Part shown: positions 27,993-37,418 of the stretch, in pieces
How positions within the stretch are numbered: the stretch's first letter is position 1
Layout: each line of letters begins with the position of its first letter
DNA from: Bacteroidaceae bacterium
Lineage (GTDB): Bacteria; Bacteroidota; Bacteroidia; Bacteroidales; Bacteroidaceae
Length of the DNA stretch: 64,000 nucleotides
Reading direction: 5' to 3'
Assembly (NCBI GenBank): GCA_017442855.1
Contig: JAFSPM010000049.1
Coordinates: 17,490 to 81,489, forward strand
Notes under the pieces: generated by a model
Seen by the model: only the letters and a program-made list of their open reading frames with translations
Database searches by the model: none
What the model was told of the DNA's origin: nothing
Program-made: the position numbers and the translations under genes

Positions 27993-29195
27993 TCATGCTT
28001 TTTTAGCTTTTGGCAGGATTAAGTTCAGCAACAAGCCTATCAGTGCCGCAAGACCAATACCTGACAATGAGAAGGTGCCAACAGTAAATACAGCACCACC
28101 GATGCCTGTTGTCAAAATGACACTGGCAATGATGATATTGCGTGTCACGCCAAAATCCACCTGATTACGCATCAGGTTCTGCACACCCACAGCTGCGATG
28201 GAGCCAAAGAGCAACAGCATGATGCCACCCAACACTGCTTGTGGGATGCTTTGCAACAGAGCGTTCAACTTGCCGATGATAGAGAACAGAATGGCCGTTA
28301 CAGCTGCGATTCTCAATACCTGAGGATGGGTAATACGGGTAATCTGTACAGCACCCGTAACCTCACTATAAGTGGTCACAGGAGGACCTCCCAACAGGGC
28401 GGCTGCCAAACAAGCCAAACCATCGCCCAACATGGTTCGATGCAGGCCAGGGTTCTTGACAAAGTCTTTGTCTGCCACAGCACTTATGGCATATACATCA
28501 CCCACATGCTCCACCACAGCAGCCAGAGCTACCGGCATCATAAACACAAACGGTTCCCATGCAAATGCAGGCAACTCAGGATGCTGGATATTCTTAGGCA
28601 AGGCAAACCAAGGAGCAGCTGCAACAGCAGAAAAATCAACCTTACCCAAACAGATGGCTACCACAAAACCAGCAATAATGCCACTGATTACGGGCAATAG
28701 TTTGAGCAGTCCTTTGGCAAACATCATCACGATGACGGAAACAGCCAGTGCCACCAATGCCAGCAGCCAGTCGGTCTTTGCCATATCCACTGCAGTACCT
28801 GATAGCGAGAGACCTATCAACATAATCACAGGGCCTATCACTACCGGAGGGAACAAGCGATCAAGCAACTGCATACCCTTCCATTTCACTAGGGCTGATG
28901 TCAAAAAATAAACCAACGACACACCGGCAAAACCAGCCAATGTGCCCGGCATGCCCCATTGTTCTGACGCTGCAATGATAGGTGCGATAAAGGCGAAACT
29001 GGAACCCAAGAAGATAGGTACCATGCCTTTGGTTACCAAATGAAAGATTAACGTACCGATACCTGCAGAAAACAGGGCTGTAGCTGGATCAAGCCCTACC
29101 AACAATGGCACTAAAACAGTAGATCCAAATGCCACAAACAAGAATTGTACTCCGACAATTGTTTTTCGTCCTGGTGTTAGATTCACTTCATTCAT
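27993..29195 (-). CDS. uraA: Uracil/xanthine permease (NCS2 family)
   Basis: QFLFVAFG, FLGSSFAFI, EHVGD, TTYSE, P.AVLGG motifs. Confidence 0.88.
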   Translation of the reverse strand: MNEVNLTPGRKTIVGVQFLFVAFGSTVLVPLLVGLDPATALFSAGIGTLIFHLVTKGMVPIFLGSSFAFIAPIIAASEQWGMPGTLAGFAGVSLVYFLTSALVKWKGMQLLDRLFPPVVIGPVIMLIGLSLSGTAVDMAKTDWLLALVALAVSVIVMMFAKGLLKLLPVISGIIAGFVVAICLGKVDFSAVAAAPWFALPKNIQHPELPAFAWEPFVFMMPVALAAVVEHVGDVYAISAVADKDFVKNPGLHRTMLGDGLACLAAALLGGPPVTTYSEVTGAVQITRITHPQVLRIAAVTAILFSIIGKLNALLQSIPQAVLGGIMLLLFGSIAAVGVQNLMRNQVDFGVTRNIIIASVILTTGIGGAVFTVGTFSLSGIGLAALIGLLLNLILPKAKKA

Positions 29196-29269
29196 GAAAG
29201 TTTCATATTGATTTGTTTGTACAAAGATAGGTAAAATTATTATCTTTGCACCAAAAAGAAAAAAGAAAA

Positions 29270-30496
29270 ATGCAAGACCCCAAACATATCAAAATACAGG
29301 ATTTCAACTACGACTTGCCAGATGAGCGCATTGCCAAGTTTCCCCTGCCCGTTAGGGATCAGTCTAAACTACTGCTGTACAAGCACGGAGAAGTGAGCGA
29401 AACTATTTTTACCAATTTGCCCTCTTACATAGACAAGGGTGAACTGATGGTATTCAACAATACCAAGGTGATCCAAGCTCGTCTGCACTTCCGCAAAGAA
29501 ACTGGTGCCTTAATAGAAGTTTTCTGTTTGGAGCCTATTGAGCCTGCTGACTACGCCTTGAATTTCCAGCAGACAGAACATGCTGCGTGGCTATGCCTCA
29601 TCGGTAATCTGAAAAAATGGAAAGGCGAAGTACTGAAGAGAGAAATGATTGTAAAAGGCAGGCTAATCACTCTCACGGCAGAACGCAAGGAAGAAGTTGG
29701 CACCAGTCATTGGGTAGATTTCCACTGGAACAACAAAAAAATAACTTTCGCCGATATCTTAGAGGTGTTTGGAGAGTTACCCATCCCACCTTATTTAAAT
29801 AGAGAGACACAGGAAAGCGACAAGGTGACTTATCAGACGGTCTATTCTAAAATCAAAGGATCGGTAGCAGCGCCTACAGCTGGACTACATTTCACACAAC
29901 GCGTTTTGGATGCTCTGCAAGAGAAGGGAGTGGATATGGAGGAACTGACCCTGCATGTAGGAGCTGGTACTTTCAAACCTGTTAAGAGTGAAGAAATCAA
30001 GGGGCATGAAATGCATACCGAATGGATCTCCGTCCGCAAATCCACTATCGAGAGTCTCATCCGTCATGGGGGTAAGGCCATAGCTGTTGGTACCACGTCA
30101 GTGCGCACCTTAGAGTCGCTCTACCACATGGGCGTAACGTTGATGCTGCATCCAGATGCTAACGACGAGCAACTGAAGGTGAAGCAATGGCAACCCTATG
30201 AGCTACCTTCCGAAGCTCAGGGCATTACCTCGGTAGATGCCTTGAAGGCGTTGCTTGATTATATGAATCGCCATGAGCTGGATACGCTGCATAGCAGTAC
30301 CCAAATCATCATCGTACCTGGTTACAGATACCAGATAGTGAAGGCAATGGTTACCAACTTCCACCAACCCCAGAGTACCTTACTTTTACTGGTGTCGGCA
30401 TTTGTTCAGGGCGATTGGCGCAAGATATACGACTATGCCATGTCGCACAAGTTCCGTTTTTTGAGCTATGGCGACTCTTCATTCATCATTCCCTAA
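29270..30496 (+). CDS. queA: S-adenosylmethionine:tRNA ribosyltransferase-isomerase
   Basis: YDLPDERIA, PIPPY, GSVAAPTAGLHF, LHVGAGTF, TNFH.P.STL, SYGD. Confidence 0.96.
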   Translation: MQDPKHIKIQDFNYDLPDERIAKFPLPVRDQSKLLLYKHGEVSETIFTNLPSYIDKGELMVFNNTKVIQARLHFRKETGALIEVFCLEPIEPADYALNFQQTEHAAWLCLIGNLKKWKGEVLKREMIVKGRLITLTAERKEEVGTSHWVDFHWNNKKITFADILEVFGELPIPPYLNRETQESDKVTYQTVYSKIKGSVAAPTAGLHFTQRVLDALQEKGVDMEELTLHVGAGTFKPVKSEEIKGHEMHTEWISVRKSTIESLIRHGGKAIAVGTTSVRTLESLYHMGVTLMLHPDANDEQLKVKQWQPYELPSEAQGITSVDALKALLDYMNRHELDTLHSSTQIIIVPGYRYQIVKAMVTNFHQPQSTLLLLVSAFVQGDWRKIYDYAMSHKFRFLSYGDSSFIIP

Positions 30497-30500
30497 GGAT

Positions 30501-31010
30501 ATGCCAAAAGATAACCTCCAAGAAATGCTGCCTCTCTGCGATGCAGAAGGCAATATCATAGGTGCAGCCACGAGAGGCGAGTGTCACAACGGCAGCCGGC
30601 TGATGCATCCAGTGGTACACTTGCATGTATTCAACTCCAGAGGTGAACTCTATCTGCAGAAACGTCCCGACTGGAAAGATATCCAGCCAGGCAAGTGGGA
30701 TACGGCCGTAGGTGGGCATGTGGATTTGGGAGAAAATGTTGAACAGGCTTTGCGCCGTGAAGTGGAAGAAGAGATAGGCATCACTGAATACACCCCCGAA
30801 CGTATCAAGGTGTATGTGTTTGACTCCGTGCGTGAGAAAGAGCTGGTATTTGTACACAAAACGGTATATGATGGCGAGATTCGTCCTACTACCGAATTGG
30901 ATGGCGGACGTTTCTGGCGCATCAGCGACATCAAGGCCAACATAGGCAAAGGTGTTTTCACGCCCAACTTCGAACAAGAATTCATGGCTACAATTAGCCC
31001 GCTTCTTTAA
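30501..31010 (+). CDS. NUDIX hydrolase (IDI-like subfamily)
   Basis: GGHVDLGENVEQALRREVEEEIGI Nudix box; QKR...K...PG.WD. Confidence 0.9.
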   Translation: MPKDNLQEMLPLCDAEGNIIGAATRGECHNGSRLMHPVVHLHVFNSRGELYLQKRPDWKDIQPGKWDTAVGGHVDLGENVEQALRREVEEEIGITEYTPERIKVYVFDSVREKELVFVHKTVYDGEIRPTTELDGGRFWRISDIKANIGKGVFTPNFEQEFMATISPLL

Positions 31011-31080
31011 AAAATGAAAAAAAACTTGCAAAATTAGGTGGGATACTGTATGTTTGCATATTCAAACAACTATAATCAAT

Positions 31081-31263
31081 ATGGATACTCAGGAAGAAAA
31101 AAGAATGGCAAAAATCGCAAACAAAGACCATCAAGTGGTAATGCGTGAAGAACTCTCTGAAGAGGATCTTGATGAAGTGGTAGGTGGAGTTAGATTTAAC
31201 TGTAAAGAGTTCGAGGCACCCAACATTTCAAACGAACCGTTGAAGGCATGGTGGTTTTTTTAA
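31081..31263 (+). CDS. Small peptide with double-glycine (bacteriocin-type) leader
   Basis: EELSEEDLDEVVGG leader; own TATGTTTG box at 31049-31056. Confidence 0.65.
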   Translation: MDTQEEKRMAKIANKDHQVVMREELSEEDLDEVVGGVRFNCKEFEAPNISNEPLKAWWFF

Positions 31264-31284
31264 TAAAAATGGTGTTTAATTAGT

Positions 31285-32154
31285 ATGAAAAGACTGAAAG
31301 CACTAATAGTACTGATGACGTTTGTCATCAGCCTTATGGCTCAGACCGACTTCCCTCTACCCCAGATACCTGAAACGATAGCACAGCCCGAAGCGAGATT
31401 GTCTTATTTGCTGAATCACTTCTGGGACAACTACCAATTCTCAGACACCACCCAGATAAACAAAGACTTGGGCGAGCAGGGGTTTGCCGACTTCCTCAAC
31501 CTGTTAGGGTATGGCAACGACGAGATTATCGATCAGGCCACCAAGGCTTTTTATAACCAAGCTTTCGGTACTCGCTGGGGAAAGACGCATTACAGTCAGT
31601 TGATAAACCATTACTTAGACAACCCCAACTCGCCTTTGCGCAACGATGGCATCTACGTGCATTTCCTACGTAACATACGTCCCTACTATGCCAACGATGC
31701 TGCAGCCAGAGAACGCTATGCCTTCAAGCTGAAGCAAGCCAAGAAGAATCTGCCTGGTCAGCCTGCCACCGACTTCTCCTATACTGAGCGTAGTGGCAAA
31801 CAGGGAAAGATGAGTGATATTCAGGCAAAGTTCACGCTGTTATTCTTCCATGACCCCGACTGTGAGAACTGCAAACGCATCATTCCTATAGCCATACAAG
31901 AGAGCTTGCTTCAACGTCAAGACTTAAAAGTGTTACTGATTTATGCCGACAAAGACTTCGATGCTTGGAGAAAAGATGTGCGTACCTACCCTGCCAATTG
32001 GATAGATGCCTATAGTCCTAATGGAGAAATCATACAGAAGTTGCTCTATTATATACCTGCAACTCCTTCATTTTATTTGTTAGATGCAGAGAAGAAAGTC
32101 ATTCTAAAAGATGCTCCTTTAGACACGATACTTGCATTTCTGCAACAAAACTAA
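31285..32154 (+). CDS. DUF5106 + thioredoxin-like domain protein
   Basis: YLLNHFWD N-domain; G.PATDF, DPDCENC CxxC, ATPSFYLLD. Confidence 0.8.
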   Translation: MKRLKALIVLMTFVISLMAQTDFPLPQIPETIAQPEARLSYLLNHFWDNYQFSDTTQINKDLGEQGFADFLNLLGYGNDEIIDQATKAFYNQAFGTRWGKTHYSQLINHYLDNPNSPLRNDGIYVHFLRNIRPYYANDAAARERYAFKLKQAKKNLPGQPATDFSYTERSGKQGKMSDIQAKFTLLFFHDPDCENCKRIIPIAIQESLLQRQDLKVLLIYADKDFDAWRKDVRTYPANWIDAYSPNGEIIQKLLYYIPATPSFYLLDAEKKVILKDAPLDTILAFLQQN

Positions 32155-32180
32155 AAAAGGCTGCATTTCGCAGCCTTTTT
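32154..32180. terminator. Bidirectional terminator
   Basis: AAAAAGGCTGC-ATTTC-GCAGCCTTTTT between convergent genes. Confidence 0.8.
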
Positions 32181-32199
32181 CTATACAATAATCAACCAA

Positions 32200-32958
32200 T
32201 TATTCTTTCTGGAAGTCCTTGCGCCGCAAAACAAAGCTACTGCTAAGGTAGCGTGCCCTAACCACATCGTCTTCCGCCAACTCTTCAGGAGTGCCATGGC
32301 GGAAAATCTTTCCTTCGAATAGCATGTAGGCACGATCGGTGATGCTGAGCGTTTCCTGCACATTATGGTCGGTTATAAGGATACCGATGTTACGGTACTT
32401 CAGTTTCCACACAATCTGCTGGATATCTTCCACAGCAATAGGATCGACTCCCGCAAACGGTTCATCCAGCATGATGAACTTTGGATCAATGGCTAAGCAA
32501 CGGGCTATTTCCGTACGTCGGCGTTCGCCACCCGATAGCTGGTTGCCCTTGTTTTTGCGTACCTTCTGTAAACGGAACTCATTAATCAGACTCTCTAACT
32601 TTTCTTTCTGGTAGTCCTTAGGTTTGTCGGTCATCTCCAGTACAGAGGCTATGTTGTCTTCCACACTCATCTGACGGAACACCGATGCTTCCTGTGGCAA
32701 ATAGCCGATGCCTTTTCGTGCACGCAAATACACAGGAAACTTGGTGATTTCCTCATCACCCAAGAAAATACGGCCTTCGTTCGCCACCACCAAGCCTACC
32801 GTCATATAGAAAGAGGTTGTCTTGCCAGCGCCGTTAGGTCCCAGCAAACCTACTATCTCACCTTGTTTCACGTCGTATGATACATGGTCAACTACAGTAC
32901 GTTTGCCATATTTCTTCACCAAATTCTCAGTGCGTAGCACCAATTTTTCGTCTTCCAT
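32200..32958 (-). CDS. lptB: LPS export ABC transporter ATP-binding protein
   Basis: [42 protein letters not shown]. Confidence 0.95.
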   Translation of the reverse strand: MEDEKLVLRTENLVKKYGKRTVVDHVSYDVKQGEIVGLLGPNGAGKTTSFYMTVGLVVANEGRIFLGDEEITKFPVYLRARKGIGYLPQEASVFRQMSVEDNIASVLEMTDKPKDYQKEKLESLINEFRLQKVRKNKGNQLSGGERRRTEIARCLAIDPKFIMLDEPFAGVDPIAVEDIQQIVWKLKYRNIGILITDHNVQETLSITDRAYMLFEGKIFRHGTPEELAEDDVVRARYLSSSFVLRRKDFQKE

Positions 32959-33057
32959 TTTCACAACATTTAATTCGCAAAAGTACAAAAATAAAATGTA
33001 TTTGCATTATCTTTCGGCAAAACTTCATATCTTTGCATCCTAAAAAGTTTAAAAGCA

Positions 33058-33798
33058 ATGATAAAAGCATTACGAACCGTAGGCAGATACCTAATTCTGA
33101 TGAGCAGGGTTTTTTCTGTTCCTGAACGTTGGCGTATGTTTTTCCGACAATATATCAGAGAGGTAGAACAACTTGGCGTTGATTCCATCGGCATCGTTTT
33201 GCTGATATCTTTCTTCATCGGTGCCGTTATCACCATTCAGTTCAAGCTCAACATCGAGAGTGTGTTTATGCCCCGTTGGACGGTGGGCTATGCTACTCGT
33301 GAAATCTTGCTGTTGGAGTTCTCGTCTGCCATAATGTGCTTAATTCTTTCAGGAAAGGTAGGATCCAACATTGCCTCCGAGTTAGGTACCATGCGCGTAA
33401 CCCAACAGATTGATGCCTTAGAGATAATGGGCGTCAATTCAGCCTGTTACTTGATATTGCCCAAGATAGCTGCGTTAGTCAGTTTCATCCCCATCATGGT
33501 GGTGTTCAGCATCTTTGCTGGTTTCTTGGGAGGTTTCTGTACCTGTTGGTTTGGTGGAATCATGACGGCAGAAGATTTGGAATATGGTCTGCAATATGCC
33601 TTCGTGGAATGGTTCGTATGGGGATGCTTCATCAAGTCATTCTGTTTCGCCTTCATCATTAGCAGTGTAGCCTCGTTTTTTGGCTATACCGTTGAAGGTG
33701 GCTCAATCAGCGTAGGTAAGGCTTCTACCAATGCAGTGGTGACAAGTAGCGTGCTGATTTTGTTTGCCGACCTGATACTGACCAATATTTTGGCCTGA
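33058..33798 (+). CDS. mlaE: MlaE family ABC transporter permease
   Basis: GKVGSNIASELGTMRVTQQIDALE.MG, VGKASTNAVV. Confidence 0.9.
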   Translation: MIKALRTVGRYLILMSRVFSVPERWRMFFRQYIREVEQLGVDSIGIVLLISFFIGAVITIQFKLNIESVFMPRWTVGYATREILLLEFSSAIMCLILSGKVGSNIASELGTMRVTQQIDALEIMGVNSACYLILPKIAALVSFIPIMVVFSIFAGFLGGFCTCWFGGIMTAEDLEYGLQYAFVEWFVWGCFIKSFCFAFIISSVASFFGYTVEGGSISVGKASTNAVVTSSVLILFADLILTNILA

Positions 33799-33878
33799 AT
33801 TCTTTGATATTTGAAAGATAAAAGCTAATTTTGCACCCTCAAATTGAAATTAATAACTAAAAAACAAATATTTGTAGA

Positions 33879-35246
33879 ATGAACGTATCACTGCAAAACG
33901 TTGACAAAGTAAGCGCCCTGCTTACAGTTGACATGGTAAAGGCTGACTATCAGGAAAATGTAGAAAAGCAGCTGAAGAAGATTCGAAAGGATGCCCAGAT
34001 GCCTGGTTTTCGCAAAGGCATGGTACCAATGGGATTGGTAAAGAAAATGTATGAGAAGTCTGTGATTGCTGACGAGGTGAACAAGATGCTCGGCGATGCA
34101 ATCAACAAGTATATTCAGGATAACAAAGTACAAATGTTGGGTGAGCCATTACCAAACGAGAACCAGCAACAACTGGATTTCGACACCCAGGATGAGTTTA
34201 AGTTCTTGTTTGACATCGCACTGGCTCCAGCCATCAATGTAGAGGTCTCTGCCAAAGATAAAGTGCCATATTACGACGTAATCGTTACCGACGAAATGGT
34301 GGACAACCAAGTGGCTTCCTACGCTCAGCGCGGTGGTTCTTACGAGAAGGCTGAGTCATTCGACGCTGCTCAGAACGACATGATTAAGGGTCAACTCTGC
34401 GAGTTGGACGAAGCTGGTAACGAGAAGGAAGGCGGCATCCGTATTGAGAGCGCTGTGATGATGCCATCTTATATGAAGGTGGACGACGAGAAAGCTAAGT
34501 TCGCTGGCGTGAAACCAGGCGAAACCGTTAAGTTCAACCCCTACAAAGCTTGGGAAGGCAATGCTCCTGAGTTGGCTTCATTGTTGAAGATCGACCGCGA
34601 GAAGGCTGTAGAGGTTACTTCCGATTTCAACTATACCATAGAGGAAATCACCCGCTACGTACCAGGTGAGATGAACCAGGATTTGTTCGACCAAGTATTT
34701 GGCAAGGACGTAGTAAAGAGCGAGGAGGAATTCAAACAGAAAGTGCGTGAAATAATCGCTAACCAATTCCAGGCCAACAGCGATTACAAGTTCTTGCTCG
34801 ATGCTAAGAAGGTTATCACCGACAAGGTAGGCAAACTGGATTTCTCAGAGCCTCTGATGAAGCGCATCATGAAGACCAACAACCCTGACAAGGATGACAA
34901 GTTCGTTGATGAGAACTATGCACAAACCATCGAGGTACTTAGCTGGCAGTTGATTCGCGACGTGCTGGTGGCTCAGGCTGGTGTGAAGGTGGAGCAGAAC
35001 GACATCCTTGAAGAGGCTAAGGTGGCCACTCGTGCTCAGTTTGCACAGTATGGTATGCTGAACGTGCCTGATGATATGATTGCCAACTACGCCAGCGAGA
35101 TGCTGAAGAAGCGCGAAACCGTAGAGAACCTGGCTGATCGTGTTATCGACAGCAAACTGGCCGATGTGCTGAAACAGAAGGTTACACTGGAGCATAAGGA
35201 CATCTCTGCTGAAGATTTTGGCAAGTTGATGCAGCCTGAAGCCTGA
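33879..35246 (+). CDS. tig: Trigger factor
   Basis: PGFRKGMVP signature; upstream of clpP; strongly biased codons. Confidence 0.96.
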   Translation: MNVSLQNVDKVSALLTVDMVKADYQENVEKQLKKIRKDAQMPGFRKGMVPMGLVKKMYEKSVIADEVNKMLGDAINKYIQDNKVQMLGEPLPNENQQQLDFDTQDEFKFLFDIALAPAINVEVSAKDKVPYYDVIVTDEMVDNQVASYAQRGGSYEKAESFDAAQNDMIKGQLCELDEAGNEKEGGIRIESAVMMPSYMKVDDEKAKFAGVKPGETVKFNPYKAWEGNAPELASLLKIDREKAVEVTSDFNYTIEEITRYVPGEMNQDLFDQVFGKDVVKSEEEFKQKVREIIANQFQANSDYKFLLDAKKVITDKVGKLDFSEPLMKRIMKTNNPDKDDKFVDENYAQTIEVLSWQLIRDVLVAQAGVKVEQNDILEEAKVATRAQFAQYGMLNVPDDMIANYASEMLKKRETVENLADRVIDSKLADVLKQKVTLEHKDISAEDFGKLMQPEA

Positions 35247-35275
35247 TTTAAGAGCATAAACTTAAAAATAAACAT

Positions 35276-35316
35276 AAAAACACATGGTGTTACATTTGGT
35301 AATGCCATGTGTTTTT
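35276..35316 (+). terminator. Intrinsic terminator / stem-loop after tig
   Basis: AAAAACACATGGTGTTAC..GTAATGCCATGTGTTTTT. Confidence 0.7.
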
Positions 35317-35354
35317 CTTTATTTTGCATGTAAATAAGAACTAAGGAGTAAAAA

Positions 35355-36026
35355 ATGATGAAAGACGATTTTAGAAAGTATGCTACCCAACATTTGGGAA
35401 TGAACAGTTTAGTGCTTGATGAGGTCATCAAATCACAAGCCAATTATTTGAATCCATACATCTTGGAGGAACGTCAGCTCAATGTCACACAGTTGGATGT
35501 ATTCTCACGCTTGATGATGGATCGCATCATCTTTTTGGGTACACAGATTGACGACTATACGGCAAACACACTGCAGGCACAGCTACTTTATCTCGATTCT
35601 GTAGATGCCGGCAAGGACATCTCCATATATATTAATTCTCCTGGTGGCTCAGTCTATGCCGGATTGGGCATCTACGACACCATGCAGTTCATCAGTAGTC
35701 CGGTGGCTACCATCTGTACAGGTATGGCGGCCAGCATGGCGGCTGTTTTATTGGTAGCTGGTGCCGAAGGCAAGCGTTCTGCCCTGACCCATTCGCGTGT
35801 GATGATTCATCAGCCGATGGGTGGTGCCCAAGGACAGGCTTCCGACATAGAGATTACAGCCCGCGAGATTCAAAAACTGAAGAAAGAGCTCTACACCATT
35901 ATCGCCGACCATTCTCACACCCCATTCGACAAGGTGTGGGCTGATTCCGACCGCGACTACTGGATGACAGCTGAGGAAGCCAAGGAATACGGTATGATTG
36001 ATGAAGTGCTCACCAAAAAGAAATAA
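35355..36026 (+). CDS. clpP: ATP-dependent Clp protease proteolytic subunit
   Basis: DVFSRL, YINSPGG, AASMA, MIHQP, DRDYWM. Confidence 0.98.
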   Translation: MMKDDFRKYATQHLGMNSLVLDEVIKSQANYLNPYILEERQLNVTQLDVFSRLMMDRIIFLGTQIDDYTANTLQAQLLYLDSVDAGKDISIYINSPGGSVYAGLGIYDTMQFISSPVATICTGMAASMAAVLLVAGAEGKRSALTHSRVMIHQPMGGAQGQASDIEITAREIQKLKKELYTIIADHSHTPFDKVWADSDRDYWMTAEEAKEYGMIDEVLTKKK

Positions 36027-36034
36027 CAAGAGAG

Positions 36035-37273
36035 ATGGTTAGTAAGAATACAGGCCACAGATGCAGTTTCTGTGGCCGTACTGATAAAGAAGTGAAGCTG
36101 CTGATCACAGGCATTGACGGCTATATCTGTAACGAGTGTGTAGAGCGTGCTGCCGAAATCTGTGAAGAGGCATTACGCAATGTCACCCAAAGCAGTTTGG
36201 GTCTTGACCTTAAGACATTGCCCAAGCCTCATGATATCAAAGAGTTCCTCGACCAATACGTTATTGGTCAGGACGATGCCAAACGCTATCTGTCGGTAGC
36301 AGTCTATAACCATTACAAGCGACTGCTTCAGCCAAAAGGAGACGACGAGGTAGAGATTGAGAAATCCAACATCATCATGGTGGGTGCAACAGGTACGGGA
36401 AAGACTTTATTGGCTCGTACCATTGCCAAGTTCTTGAGTGTGCCTTTTACCATCGTTGATGCCACTGTATTGACAGAGGCTGGCTATGTGGGTGAGGATA
36501 TTGAAAGCATCCTGACCCGACTCTTGCAAGTGGCTGACTATGACGTGAAAGCCGCTGAACGAGGCATCGTATTCATCGACGAGATTGACAAGATAGCCCG
36601 CAAGGGCGACAACCCTTCCATCACACGCGATGTGAGTGGCGAAGGTGTACAGCAAGGATTGCTCAAATTACTGGAGGGCTCCATCGTGAATGTTCCGCCA
36701 CAGGGAGGCCGCAAGCATCCCGAACAACACCTCATTGCTGTCGATACAAAGAACATCTTATTCATTTGCGGTGGTGCCTTCGATGGCATTGAACGTAAGA
36801 TTGCCCAACGCCTCAACACGCATGTGGTAGGTTACCACGCTGTTGAGAACACGGCCAAGGTGGACAGGGACAATATGATGCAGTACATCGCTCCACAAGA
36901 CCTTAAAGCCTTTGGACTGATTCCTGAGATCATAGGTCGTATGCCCATTCTCACCTACCTCAATCCTTTGGACCGAAAGGCCCTACGTTCTATCCTCACT
37001 GAGCCCAAGAACTCCATTACCAAGCAATATATCAAGTTGTTCGAGATGGACGGGGTGAAGTTGAGTTTCAACGAAGACGTGTTGGAGTATGTGGTGGATA
37101 AAGCCATCGAGTTCAAGCTCGGAGCCCGTGGTCTGCGTGCCATTGTCGAGGCCATCATGATGGATGTGATGTACGAGTTGCCATCCAGCAAGAAGAAAAA
37201 CTTCACTGTAACGCTGGATTACGCCAAGAATCAACTGGAAAAAGCCAATATTTCACGTCTGCAGAACAGCTAA
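36035..37273 (+). CDS. clpX: ATP-dependent Clp protease ATP-binding subunit
   Basis: CSFC zinc finger, [30 protein letters not shown]. Confidence 0.98.
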   Translation: MVSKNTGHRCSFCGRTDKEVKLLITGIDGYICNECVERAAEICEEALRNVTQSSLGLDLKTLPKPHDIKEFLDQYVIGQDDAKRYLSVAVYNHYKRLLQPKGDDEVEIEKSNIIMVGATGTGKTLLARTIAKFLSVPFTIVDATVLTEAGYVGEDIESILTRLLQVADYDVKAAERGIVFIDEIDKIARKGDNPSITRDVSGEGVQQGLLKLLEGSIVNVPPQGGRKHPEQHLIAVDTKNILFICGGAFDGIERKIAQRLNTHVVGYHAVENTAKVDRDNMMQYIAPQDLKAFGLIPEIIGRMPILTYLNPLDRKALRSILTEPKNSITKQYIKLFEMDGVKLSFNEDVLEYVVDKAIEFKLGARGLRAIVEAIMMDVMYELPSSKKKNFTVTLDYAKNQLEKANISRLQNS

Positions 37274-37418
37274 AAGGGCTTTTTTCCATTGTTCAGCCTG
37301 TTTTTTAGCATTTGCAATAAAAAAAATATTGCATTTGCATTGCTATTTTGTAAGTTGTTTATAACTTTGTTAAAGTGTCTCTTTGGCACACCTGTATCAT
37401 TAACCTAAAAACGACCTA

